Shown: piece by piece, positions 9,003 to 17,760 of the stretch | Layout: each line of letters begins with the position of its first letter | Position numbering within the stretch: the stretch's first letter is position 1 | Assembly (NCBI GenBank): GCA_020724265.1 | Contig: DYHH01000001.1 | Location: 4,674 to 68,673, forward strand | Length of the DNA stretch: 64,000 bases | Source: Melioribacter roseus | GTDB lineage: Bacteria > Bacteroidota > Ignavibacteria > Ignavibacteriales > Melioribacteraceae | Direction of reading: 5' to 3' | Notes under the pieces: generated by a model | The model's input: only the letters and a program-made list of their open reading frames with translations | Told to the model about the DNA's origin: nothing | Databases searched by the model: none | Program-made: the position numbers and the translations under genes

Positions 9003-10349
9003 ATGAAGAAAATGACCATGCTATTTATTCCACTAATGATATTTTCAAATTTGCTGGCTCAACAAACTTTAACACTTCAAGAGGCAGTCTCTATAGCCCT
9101 TCAAAGAAATACTAGTCTAATAAAATCGAAAAATAGTCTCAGTGTTTCTGAAGCTGAACTTCGCAGTGCATATGGAGATCTTCTGCCGAGTCTTGGCGCT
9201 TCAGGGTCATGGAATTGGAATAGAATTGCCGATGACGGCGGCACACAAGTTGATTTTTTAGGTAACGTAATTCAAACTCCTGCTTCAACAATGGAAACAA
9301 GAAGTTATTCAGCTGGTTTCGGAGGTAATTTTACAATTTTTAATGGCATGGCTAACTGGGCAAATATCTCTCAAAGAAGTAATAATCTTGATGCCGGTGA
9401 ATTTGATGTCGCAAAACTGAAACAAGATATCGTTTTTCGTACAACCGAATATTATTACGCAGTATTGAACAACGAAGAAGTTCTTAAAGTTAGGGAAGAA
9501 AATGTAAGGTATAACCGTAAACTTCTGGAAACTATCGAAGAAAAAAATAGATTAGGATCGATACCTATAGCCGATGTTTATGCTCAACAAGTTCAATTAG
9601 GGAACGCAGAGTTACAGTTAATTCAAGCAGAAAATGCTTATGAAAATTCCAAAAGTGCTCTGTTGAATTATCTTGCGATGGATGTTCTTGAAGAATACAT
9701 TTTTGTTAATGAAGTGGTTGCAAGCGATGAAGTGAATACTGATTTATATATGAAAGAATTCGGGGAAATGGAAATCCTGGTTAATGAAGCACTTGAAAAT
9801 CGATTCGATTATAAAAGTCAAAAGTTGGCGGTTGAGAGCGCTTATAGCGGTGTTACAATAGCAAGAGGTGGAATTTTTCCGCAGTTAACAGGGAATTATA
9901 GCTACGGATCAAGTGCGACTTCATTCGATAATTTATTTAATAGAAGAACAACCACTGTTGGTCTTACCCTTAGTATACCAATTTTTTCTAATTTCAATGT
10001 TGATACAAGAATTCAATCTGCTCAAATAATGGCTCTAAATACTGAAGAAGATTTGGCAGCATTAGAGCGACAGATCAAAATAGAAATTAAGCAAGGTTAT
10101 TTGGATCTATTAGCATCGAAAAAGAATTTAGATGTAACAAATAAGAATGTTATATCTGCCGGAGAAAATAGAAGGATTAATACTGAAAGATATAATCTGG
10201 GTGCCGGTAATATTGTGCAGTTACTCCAAGCCGATAGAGATTATGTTCAAGCACTTAGCAGCAATATTAATGCGTTGTTTGATTTCTTTACTTCAAGAGA
10301 TAAATTACTCAATGCATTAGGTAAACTAGATTATAAAGTTTTTGAATAA
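9003..10349 (+). CDS. TolC-family outer-membrane efflux protein
   Basis: Signal peptide (MKKMTMLFIPLMIFSNLLAQQ) and the typical TolC opening LTLQEAVSIALQRNTSL. Two internal repeat halves with coiled-coil segments. AGGAG precedes the ATG at 9003; the ORF-track start 8982 is an upstream TTG. Confidence 0.85.
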   Translation: MKKMTMLFIPLMIFSNLLAQQTLTLQEAVSIALQRNTSLIKSKNSLSVSEAELRSAYGDLLPSLGASGSWNWNRIADDGGTQVDFLGNVIQTPASTMETRSYSAGFGGNFTIFNGMANWANISQRSNNLDAGEFDVAKLKQDIVFRTTEYYYAVLNNEEVLKVREENVRYNRKLLETIEEKNRLGSIPIADVYAQQVQLGNAELQLIQAENAYENSKSALLNYLAMDVLEEYIFVNEVVASDEVNTDLYMKEFGEMEILVNEALENRFDYKSQKLAVESAYSGVTIARGGIFPQLTGNYSYGSSATSFDNLFNRRTTTVGLTLSIPIFSNFNVDTRIQSAQIMALNTEEDLAALERQIKIEIKQGYLDLLASKKNLDVTNKNVISAGENRRINTERYNLGAGNIVQLLQADRDYVQALSSNINALFDFFTSRDKLLNALGKLDYKVFE

Positions 10350-10371
10350 ATTTAATTAAGGAGGCCTCTTC

Positions 10372-11640
10372 ATGGCAAACGGTAAGAAAAAGAGATCGAA
10401 GAAGAAACTTTTCATTTTTGGTGGTTTGGGGTTACTTCTCCTTGTGGTTGTTATTTTAGTTGTTGCTAGCGGCAATAAAGAAGTGATCGTTTCGGTACAA
10501 ACAGAAAAAGTTGAAAAGAAAACTATAACACAAATTGTCTCGGCTACAGGAAAAATTAATCCTGTAGAACAAGTAGTAATTACTCCGGAAGTAACAGGTG
10601 AAATTGTCGAACTACCGGTTAAAGAAGGTGCTAAAGTTAATAGAGGTACTCTTCTGATAAGAATTAAACCGGATATCTATTTGGCTCAAAGAGATAGAGC
10701 ACAAGCACAACTTGAATCCGCTAGAGCTAATTTAAAAGTTAGAGAAGCAAATTTGATCCAAGTGAAAGCCGAATATGAAAGAATGAAAGAATTATATGAA
10801 AAAGGGTTGGCAAGTGATCAAGAATTAGAAATTTCTCGTTCAAGTTTTCTGCAATCTGAAGGTCAGTATGAAGCACAAAAAGCTTCGGTAACTCAGGCAG
10901 ATGGTTCATTAAGAGAAGCTCAAGAAAATTTAGCCAAAACTACAATTTATTCACCTCTTAATGGAACTGTAAGTGCCTTAAATGTTGAACTTGGCGAAAG
11001 AGTATTGGGAAGTGGTTTTAGTCAAGGGACAAATATTATGACGGTTGCCGATCTCGACAAAATGGAAGCAACTGTCGATGTCGATGAAAATGATGTTGTT
11101 CTTGTATCTGTTGGTGATACAGCTCGTGTCAGAATTGATGCTTTCAGAGGTAAAGAATTTTTAGGAATTGTTACACAAATTGGCAATAGTGCAAAAACAA
11201 CCGGCTTCGGAACACAAGATGAAGTTGTAAACTTTGAAGTAAAAATCCAGTTAGTTGAAGGAACTGCGGAAATTCGTCCTGGAATGTCTTGCGATGCTGA
11301 CATTGAAACTGAGACAAGAGCTGATGTTATTGCGGTTCCAATACAAAGCGTAACAGCCAGAACACTGCCTTCGAAAGAAGGTGAAGAAAATTCTAATGGT
11401 AAAAAAGGACCGCAAGAAGTTGTTTTTATAATCAATGAAAATATTGCCAAAGTTATTTCTGTAGAGACTGGTATTAGTGATGATACTCATATCGAAATTA
11501 TTTCAGGATTGGAAGGCAATGAAACAGTTGTAAGCGGCAGCTATAGAGCAATATCTAAAGAATTAGAAGATGGTACAAAAGTTTCTATTCAAGGTGGTGA
11601 GGGGATGGCAAAAAGAGGGAATAGACCCCCGTCAGAATAA
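10372..11640 (+). CDS. HlyD/MacA-type periplasmic adaptor (membrane fusion protein)
   Basis: N-terminal TM anchor, lipoyl-like segment (ITPEVTGEIVELPVKEGAKV), a long coiled coil, then beta-barrel/MP domains (TIYSPLNGTV...). GGAGG RBS upstream. Positioned between the TolC and ABC genes. Confidence 0.85.
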   Translation: MANGKKKRSKKKLFIFGGLGLLLLVVVILVVASGNKEVIVSVQTEKVEKKTITQIVSATGKINPVEQVVITPEVTGEIVELPVKEGAKVNRGTLLIRIKPDIYLAQRDRAQAQLESARANLKVREANLIQVKAEYERMKELYEKGLASDQELEISRSSFLQSEGQYEAQKASVTQADGSLREAQENLAKTTIYSPLNGTVSALNVELGERVLGSGFSQGTNIMTVADLDKMEATVDVDENDVVLVSVGDTARVRIDAFRGKEFLGIVTQIGNSAKTTGFGTQDEVVNFEVKIQLVEGTAEIRPGMSCDADIETETRADVIAVPIQSVTARTLPSKEGEENSNGKKGPQEVVFIINENIAKVISVETGISDDTHIEIISGLEGNETVVSGSYRAISKELEDGTKVSIQGGEGMAKRGNRPPSE

Positions 11641-11663
11641 TCTAAATTAATTTCGGGTTTGAA

Positions 11664-12386
11664 ATGAATATTATTAATATAGAACATATAGCTAAAATCT
11701 ATCAAGTCGGTTCCGAAGAGGTTCATGCCCTTGCAGATGTTTCATTAAAAATTGATAAAAATGAATATCTGGCAATTATGGGACCATCGGGTTCCGGGAA
11801 ATCGACTTTGATGAATATTCTTGGTTGTCTTGATACACCGACTAAAGGATTGTATGATTTCAAAGGGCAAAATGTTAGTGAAATGTCTGATAACGAACTA
11901 GCAAAAATTAGAAACCGTGAAATCGGGTTCGTGTTTCAGACATTTAATTTACTACCAAGATCAGACGCTCTCCATAATGTTGAATTACCATTAATTTATG
12001 CTGGTGTCCCTTCTTACGAACGAAAAGAACGTGCTCGTGAAGCTTTAATTAATGTCGGTTTAGGAGATAGAATTCATCATAAACCGAACGAGCTCTCCGG
12101 TGGACAGCGTCAAAGAGTTGCTGTTGCAAGAGCATTAGTTACTCAACCGTCAATAATTCTTGCTGATGAACCTACAGGTAATTTAGATAGTAAAACCGGT
12201 GAAGAAATAATGCTGCTATTCAATGAGATTCACAAACAGGGGAACACTATTATTCTTGTTACACATGAAGAATATATCGCTAAACATGCTGCCAGAATTA
12301 TAAGAATTAGAGACGGATTTATTGAAAGCGATGAAAGAGTTCCCGAAAGATATATTCCGCAGTTAAAGGTTCAAGAAGAAAACTAA
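11664..12386 (+). CDS. MacB/LolD-type ABC transporter ATP-binding protein
   Basis: All motifs are canonical: Walker [11 protein letters not shown]-loop [10 protein letters not shown], signature [15 protein letters not shown], Walker [14 protein letters not shown]-loop LVTHE. Confidence 0.9.
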   Translation: MNIINIEHIAKIYQVGSEEVHALADVSLKIDKNEYLAIMGPSGSGKSTLMNILGCLDTPTKGLYDFKGQNVSEMSDNELAKIRNREIGFVFQTFNLLPRSDALHNVELPLIYAGVPSYERKERAREALINVGLGDRIHHKPNELSGGQRQRVAVARALVTQPSIILADEPTGNLDSKTGEEIMLLFNEIHKQGNTIILVTHEEYIAKHAARIIRIRDGFIESDERVPERYIPQLKVQEEN

Positions 12387-12405
12387 AATAATTTGGGGGA
12401 AAAGC

Positions 12406-13644
12406 GTGGGCCATTTCTTTTTTGAATTGAAGGAAAGTTTATTTATTTCGTTTAGGGCAATCAGAGCGAATAAAATAAGAACTATTCTTACAACCCTAGG
12501 TATTGTAATCGGCGTAACATCCGTTGTATTAATGTCAACTGCCTTGAAAGGGATGGACATTGCTTTTCAGGATGGAGTTGCTGCTTTAGGCTCGGATAAT
12601 ATTTACATCGATAAATGGTCCTGGTTTGATAACACAATACCTTGGTGGGAAGTTCGTAATAGAAAAAATTTAGATCTCGACGAATTCAAAAAATTTGAAG
12701 AATTGGCAAAATTACCTTTGGCAGTTTCTCCTACTGTATGGACAAACCAAACCCTTAAACATAAAGATCGGACTCTTAATTTCAATATGGTAACCGGTAC
12801 CAATCATAATTATATTCAAACAACTAACTTAAATTTTGCAGAAGGACGCTTCTTTACTCAACTCGAGAGTGAGTCATCAAGAAATGTTGTGGTTTTAGGT
12901 TCGTCTGTTGCCGAAAGTTTATTCCCACGAGGCGGCGGTTTGAATCAAGTAATTACAATTAAAGGAAGAAAATTTCGTGTAATCGGTATTCTCGAGCAGC
13001 AAGGGAGTTTCATAATGGGCAATTTCAACCCGGATAATATGGCATACATTCCGATTGGAGTTGTTTTCAAATATTTTCATCGCTCTGATTTTAGAAGTAT
13101 TACATTTAACGTGAGAGCACAGAATAATGCAATGCTTGAAGAAACTAAAGAAGAAGCAATAAGTATTATGAGAAAAATACGCGGACTTACTTACGATAAA
13201 GAAAACGATTTTTCCATAAATCAACAGGAAGGTTTGTTGAACAATATTAATCAAACTACCTCGGTTATTAAAATTGCCGGTTATTTTATTACCGGACTTT
13301 CACTTTTTGTTGGTGCCATCGGTATTATGAATATTATGTTTGTTTCGGTTAAAGAAAGAACAAGAGAAATTGGAATAAGAAAAGCAATAGGTGCAAAACG
13401 ACGAACTGTACTTGGTCAATTTTTATTTGAATCATCGGTAATTTGTTTATTGGGAGGATTTTTGGGTTTAGCTATTGCAGTTCTCTTGAGTATGGTCGTC
13501 AATCAGTTTTTACCTACATCAGTACAGGTTGATGCCGTAATTCTTGCTATTGTTATTTCAATTATAACTGGAATAGTTTCGGGGTTAGCTCCTGCATATA
13601 CTGCAGCTAAATTAGACCCTGTAGATGCACTTCGATATGAATAA
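12406..13644 (+). CDS. MacB/FtsX-type ABC permease, type A, copy 1
   Basis: Architecture is TM1, a large periplasmic domain, then three TM helices. Motifs: RAIRANKIRTILTTLGIVIG, GIMNIMFVSVKERTREIGIRKAIGA, C-terminus DPVDALRYE. GTG start. Confidence 0.85.
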   Translation: MGHFFFELKESLFISFRAIRANKIRTILTTLGIVIGVTSVVLMSTALKGMDIAFQDGVAALGSDNIYIDKWSWFDNTIPWWEVRNRKNLDLDEFKKFEELAKLPLAVSPTVWTNQTLKHKDRTLNFNMVTGTNHNYIQTTNLNFAEGRFFTQLESESSRNVVVLGSSVAESLFPRGGGLNQVITIKGRKFRVIGILEQQGSFIMGNFNPDNMAYIPIGVVFKYFHRSDFRSITFNVRAQNNAMLEETKEEAISIMRKIRGLTYDKENDFSINQQEGLLNNINQTTSVIKIAGYFITGLSLFVGAIGIMNIMFVSVKERTREIGIRKAIGAKRRTVLGQFLFESSVICLLGGFLGLAIAVLLSMVVNQFLPTSVQVDAVILAIVISIITGIVSGLAPAYTAAKLDPVDALRYE

Positions 13645-13675
13645 TATAGTTATCCAAACTTGAGGATAAAAAGAA

Positions 13676-14911
13676 ATGTTAATAATAGAAATTTTCAAAG
13701 TAGCCTTAAATTCATTAAAAGTTAATAAACTTCGCTCATCATTAACTGTACTTGGTATTGTTGTCGGAATATTTTCTATTATATCCATAAGTACGGTTAT
13801 TGCAATGCTTCAAAAGAGCATTGAAGAAGGAGTTTCTGCACTTGGAAAAAATACATTTCAAATACAGAAATGGCCTGCAGTAGGTGACGGGACTCAAAAT
13901 TGGGCTGCTATCAGAAATAGAAAAAATATCACTATGGATAACTATTATGTGTTACAGGATAAATTAGGTAATGTTGCTTCTGTTGGTGCTGAAGATTGGA
14001 TGCACGGAAAGTTGGTTAAACGGGGTAATAAGAAAACAAATCCTAATACTTCATTATGTGGTTTAACTCCCGAAGCCTTCCCGAATAATGATTGGATTGT
14101 TACTGCCGGAAGAGTAATTAATTTTCGTGATATGGAGAGTGTTTCGAGAGTAGTTGTTATAGGGGAAGATATTAAAAACACTCTGTTTGAACCGTACGAA
14201 GATCCTATTGGTAGTGATGTATATATTGACGGGTTTAAGTTAAAGGTAATTGGTGTTTTGGATAATAGAGCAGGAGGAATGTTCGGCAGAAACGAAGGTA
14301 ATTATTCTTTTGTTCCTATTTCGTTTACTCAAGCATATTTTGGTTCGGAAAGCAGGAGTTTGAATATTACCCTGGCTGTTTACGATCCGGACGATTATGA
14401 TGACGTGCAAATGCAAGCAGAAGGAATAATGAGAACTTTAAGAAAAGTACCGCCGGGTGCGGAAAGAGATTTTGATATTTATTCAAATGAATCAGTATTG
14501 GCTCAAATTAATACTATGACCGAAGGTATAAGACTTGGTGCATATGTTATTGGGTTAATTGCACTACTTGCCGCCGGTGTGGGTATTATGAATATAATGC
14601 TTGTTTCGGTTACCGAAAGAACAAAGGAAATCGGCGTTAGAAAAGCAATTGGTGCTAAAAAAGTTAATATTCTTTTGCAATTTATTTCTGAGGCAATTGT
14701 ACTATGTCTATTTGGAGGACTTGCCGGAATTTTTTTAGGTGTCGGGGTTGGTAATTTAGCCGGTTCTTTGCTTAACGCAACAGCTGTAATTCCAATGGAT
14801 TGGGTTATGTTTGGTGTATTCCTTTGCATTATTATTGGAATTGTTTTCGGGACCTACCCTGCAATCAAAGCAGCAAATTTAGACCCGATCGAAGCACTTA
14901 GATTCGAATAA
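13676..14911 (+). CDS. MacB/FtsX-type ABC permease, type B, copy 1
   Basis: Same fold as the type A permease but a distinct subtype. N-terminus ALNSLKVNKLRSSLTVLGIVVG, core GIMNIMLVSVTERTKEIGVRKAIGA, C-terminus DPIEALRFE. Confidence 0.85.
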   Translation: MLIIEIFKVALNSLKVNKLRSSLTVLGIVVGIFSIISISTVIAMLQKSIEEGVSALGKNTFQIQKWPAVGDGTQNWAAIRNRKNITMDNYYVLQDKLGNVASVGAEDWMHGKLVKRGNKKTNPNTSLCGLTPEAFPNNDWIVTAGRVINFRDMESVSRVVVIGEDIKNTLFEPYEDPIGSDVYIDGFKLKVIGVLDNRAGGMFGRNEGNYSFVPISFTQAYFGSESRSLNITLAVYDPDDYDDVQMQAEGIMRTLRKVPPGAERDFDIYSNESVLAQINTMTEGIRLGAYVIGLIALLAAGVGIMNIMLVSVTERTKEIGVRKAIGAKKVNILLQFISEAIVLCLFGGLAGIFLGVGVGNLAGSLLNATAVIPMDWVMFGVFLCIIIGIVFGTYPAIKAANLDPIEALRFE

Positions 14912-15218
14912 AATTAGTTCTCAAACTTATTATATGTCATGGATCAAGTTAATTGAAGTTGTCTAAAATTAGCTTGAGCATCTTCAAGTATTATATTCTA
15001 TTTTGATGTATATCTTATTTCTCTTATTATTTTGCATATCAATCTATCCTAATTAAACTATTTATTAGAATAACCTGTTTAATAACTGGAATGCTTATTT
15101 ATCTTTGGGTAGTTCCTTAATTTTATACGTAATAATTGTGATGCATAAATTTGATAATAAGTTTTAATTAATAATAGAAAGTAATATTTTAACACTTTCA
15201 AAATACAAAAGTACTTTT

Positions 15219-16451
15219 ATGAAAAATTTTTTGCTTGAGTTAAAAGAGGGAATACTGATTTCACTAAGAGCGATTCGTGCTAATAAAATGCGATCGATCT
15301 TAACTACTTTAGGTATCATTATTGGAATTGTTGCTGTGACCACAATGAGTACTGCAATAGTTGGTTTACGTGAAGCATTTATAAGTTCTATCTCATCTTT
15401 TGGTAACGATGTACTTTACATAGATAAATTTGAATGGTTTGGCAGTGAAGATTGGCGTTTCTACAGAAACAGAAAAGATATTACCGTTGAACAATATGAA
15501 AAATTGCGTGAGCAATATCATGGTTTCGAAGCAATGGCTCCAAATAAAAGAACTTTCGGCAGAACAATTAAATATGAAGATAAATCCGTTGAAGCAACTC
15601 TGATTTATGGAACAACGGAAGATTATATATCTACTGCAAATGCAATCCCTGCCGATGGAAGATTTATTAATGATATTGAAGTTCGAGCATCTAGGAGAGT
15701 TTGTGTAATTGGTCAGGATATTGCCGACGGACTTTTCCCAAATGAAAGTGCAATTGGTAAAACAATAAAAATCAGTAATCTTCCTTTTAGAGTAGTCGGT
15801 GTTTTAGAAAAACAAGGAAGCGGTTTTCTCGGTTCTTTTAGTTTGGACGGTCAGATAATTATGCCTTTAAAAGTTTTCGAAAGAGTTTTCGGCGGAAGAG
15901 GTAATCTAAGAATCGATATCAAAGTTGCTGATGTTGACAGAATGGATGAAGCCAAAGAGGAAATAACGGCAGTTTTTAGAACAATAAGAAAAGTCCCGCC
16001 CGGTGAGCCGAATGACTTTGCAATTAACCAACAGGATGTTTTTACCGATGTCTATGACCAAACTGTTGGAATAATTGCTGCTGCCGGTATTGTGATTACA
16101 GCGCTATCCTTGTTCGTTGGTGCAATAGGTATTATGAATATTATGTTTGTTTCGGTAACCGAGCGGACAAAAGAAATTGGTATAAGAAAGGCAATTGGTG
16201 CAAAGCGATGGTCAATATTAATTCAATTTCTTGTTGAAGCTGCAATCATTTGTTTAATAGGTGGAATTATTGGACTAATTATTTCTTATCCGCTTAGTTT
16301 AGTAATTGATCAATTTTTGCCGACAGCTATGCCTTTGGATGTTGTATTCCTTGCGCTATTTATTTCCGCTATGGTTGGTATTATTTCCGGGATATTACCT
16401 GCATATAAAGCATCTAAAATGGATCCGGTTGATGCATTAAGATACGAATAG
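15219..16451 (+). CDS. MacB/FtsX-type ABC permease, type A, copy 2
   Basis: Paralogue of 12406..13644 (RAIRANKMRSILTTLGIIIG; GIMNIMFVSVTERTKEIGIRKAIGA; DPVDALRYE). An identical 29-nt stretch occurs at 13321..13349 and 16128..16156. Confidence 0.85.
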   Translation: MKNFLLELKEGILISLRAIRANKMRSILTTLGIIIGIVAVTTMSTAIVGLREAFISSISSFGNDVLYIDKFEWFGSEDWRFYRNRKDITVEQYEKLREQYHGFEAMAPNKRTFGRTIKYEDKSVEATLIYGTTEDYISTANAIPADGRFINDIEVRASRRVCVIGQDIADGLFPNESAIGKTIKISNLPFRVVGVLEKQGSGFLGSFSLDGQIIMPLKVFERVFGGRGNLRIDIKVADVDRMDEAKEEITAVFRTIRKVPPGEPNDFAINQQDVFTDVYDQTVGIIAAAGIVITALSLFVGAIGIMNIMFVSVTERTKEIGIRKAIGAKRWSILIQFLVEAAIICLIGGIIGLIISYPLSLVIDQFLPTAMPLDVVFLALFISAMVGIISGILPAYKASKMDPVDALRYE

Positions 16452-16459
16452 AGAAAACT

Positions 16460-17686
16460 ATGCAAATTAAAGAATCCATAATAATGGCGCTTGATTCGGT
16501 AAAGACCAACAAGCTAAGGTCATCTTTAACTTTAGTTGGTATCGGTATCGGCTTGTTTTCCATAATTATAGTTATGACTGCAATCGGAGCTGTTCAGAAA
16601 ACCGTTGAAGATGCTTTTAGTTCAATAGGAACAAATAACTTTATAATTCAAAAATATCCTGCTGTTAGAATGGGCCCCGGGCATTGGAGACAGTATAGAA
16701 ATCGAAAAGATTTAACTGCCGAACAAGGTGAACGTCTTAAAAGGTTGACAATATTGCCAAAAGCAATTGGTATTGAATTAAGCAGTGGCGGTAAAACAAT
16801 TAGATATGAAAACCTAAGCACAAATCCTAATGTTAGAGTTGTCGGTTCTGATCTCGACAATTTAATAACAAATGATTGGAAAATTGAATCCGGTAGAGGT
16901 TTTACTGCTCAAGACATGGATCATACGCGGTTCTATACAATTGTTGGTAGAGATGTGGTTGATAGACTGTTTACAAATATTGATCCTATTGGTCAGAAGA
17001 TTAAAATTGATGGCCATAATTTTGAAATAATTGGTTTATTTGAAAAGAAGGGGAGTGTTTTAGGAAGCGGTCAGGATAATTTTGTTGCTATTCCATTACC
17101 GGCTTATCAAAGAATGTACGGCAAAGATGAAAATGGGTCTTTTACTATAATGGCTGCCAGTCCGGAATTAATGGAAAGAACTATGGATGAAGTTATTGGT
17201 GCTTTAAGAGTTATTAGGAAAGTTCCGATTGGTTCTGATAATGATTTTGAAATTATTACCAACGATCAGTTAATCGATCAATTCAATGATCTGACGAAGT
17301 ACTTTAAACTTGGAGCTGCGGTTGTTGCATTTATAGCTTTATTGGCGGCAGGTGTTGGTATAATGAATATTATGCTAGTAAGTGTAACTGAAAGAACAAG
17401 AGAAATTGGAATTAGAAAAGCCATCGGGGCAAGGAAGTCGATAATACGTTCTCAATTTGTTGTCGAGGCTGTTGTGTTATCGCAAATAGGCGGAATAGCC
17501 GGGATAATTCTTGGTGTTATTGGTGGTAATATTGTCGCTGTTGCAATAAATGTATCTGTTGTTGTGCCTATTGACTGGATTATAATCGGATTAACGGTTA
17601 CTACTTTTGTCGGAATTGTATTTGGTGTATATCCGGCTGTTAAAGCATCTAACTTAGATCCGATTGAAGCATTGCGGTACGAATAG
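16460..17686 (+). CDS. MacB/FtsX-type ABC permease, type B, copy 2
   Basis: Paralogue of 13676..14911 (ALDSVKTNKLRSSLTLVGIGIG; GIMNIMLVSVTERTREIGIRKAIGA; DPIEALRYE). Confidence 0.85.
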   Translation: MQIKESIIMALDSVKTNKLRSSLTLVGIGIGLFSIIIVMTAIGAVQKTVEDAFSSIGTNNFIIQKYPAVRMGPGHWRQYRNRKDLTAEQGERLKRLTILPKAIGIELSSGGKTIRYENLSTNPNVRVVGSDLDNLITNDWKIESGRGFTAQDMDHTRFYTIVGRDVVDRLFTNIDPIGQKIKIDGHNFEIIGLFEKKGSVLGSGQDNFVAIPLPAYQRMYGKDENGSFTIMAASPELMERTMDEVIGALRVIRKVPIGSDNDFEIITNDQLIDQFNDLTKYFKLGAAVVAFIALLAAGVGIMNIMLVSVTERTREIGIRKAIGARKSIIRSQFVVEAVVLSQIGGIAGIILGVIGGNIVAVAINVSVVVPIDWIIIGLTVTTFVGIVFGVYPAVKASNLDPIEALRYE

Positions 17687-17760
17687 ATACTATTCTCTTT
17701 ACTCTTGAAATAGTTGATTTATCCCATTAGTTTTTGATTTTCATTTCATGAAATGAACAT

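Noticed and set aside
11022-11450. A 142-aa antisense ORF inside the MFP gene. Similar antisense ORFs occur at e.g. 3096..3311, 3606..3959, 12919..13254, 14503..14829, 20262..20648, 26781..27071, 30939..31193, 42200..42466, 53993..54298 and 60602..61131.
   Set aside because: They lie fully within well-supported genes on the opposite strand. They have low-complexity or odd composition, no RBS and no recognisable motifs. They are shadow ORFs typical of AT-rich genomes.
14912-15218. Mini-ORFs in the AT-rich spacer (e.g. MSWIKLIEVV and MYILFLLLFCISIYPN) as possible leader or small peptides.
   Set aside because: They are 8-16 codons long, lack RBS-like sequences, and are expected by chance. They are reported only as part of the spacer observation.
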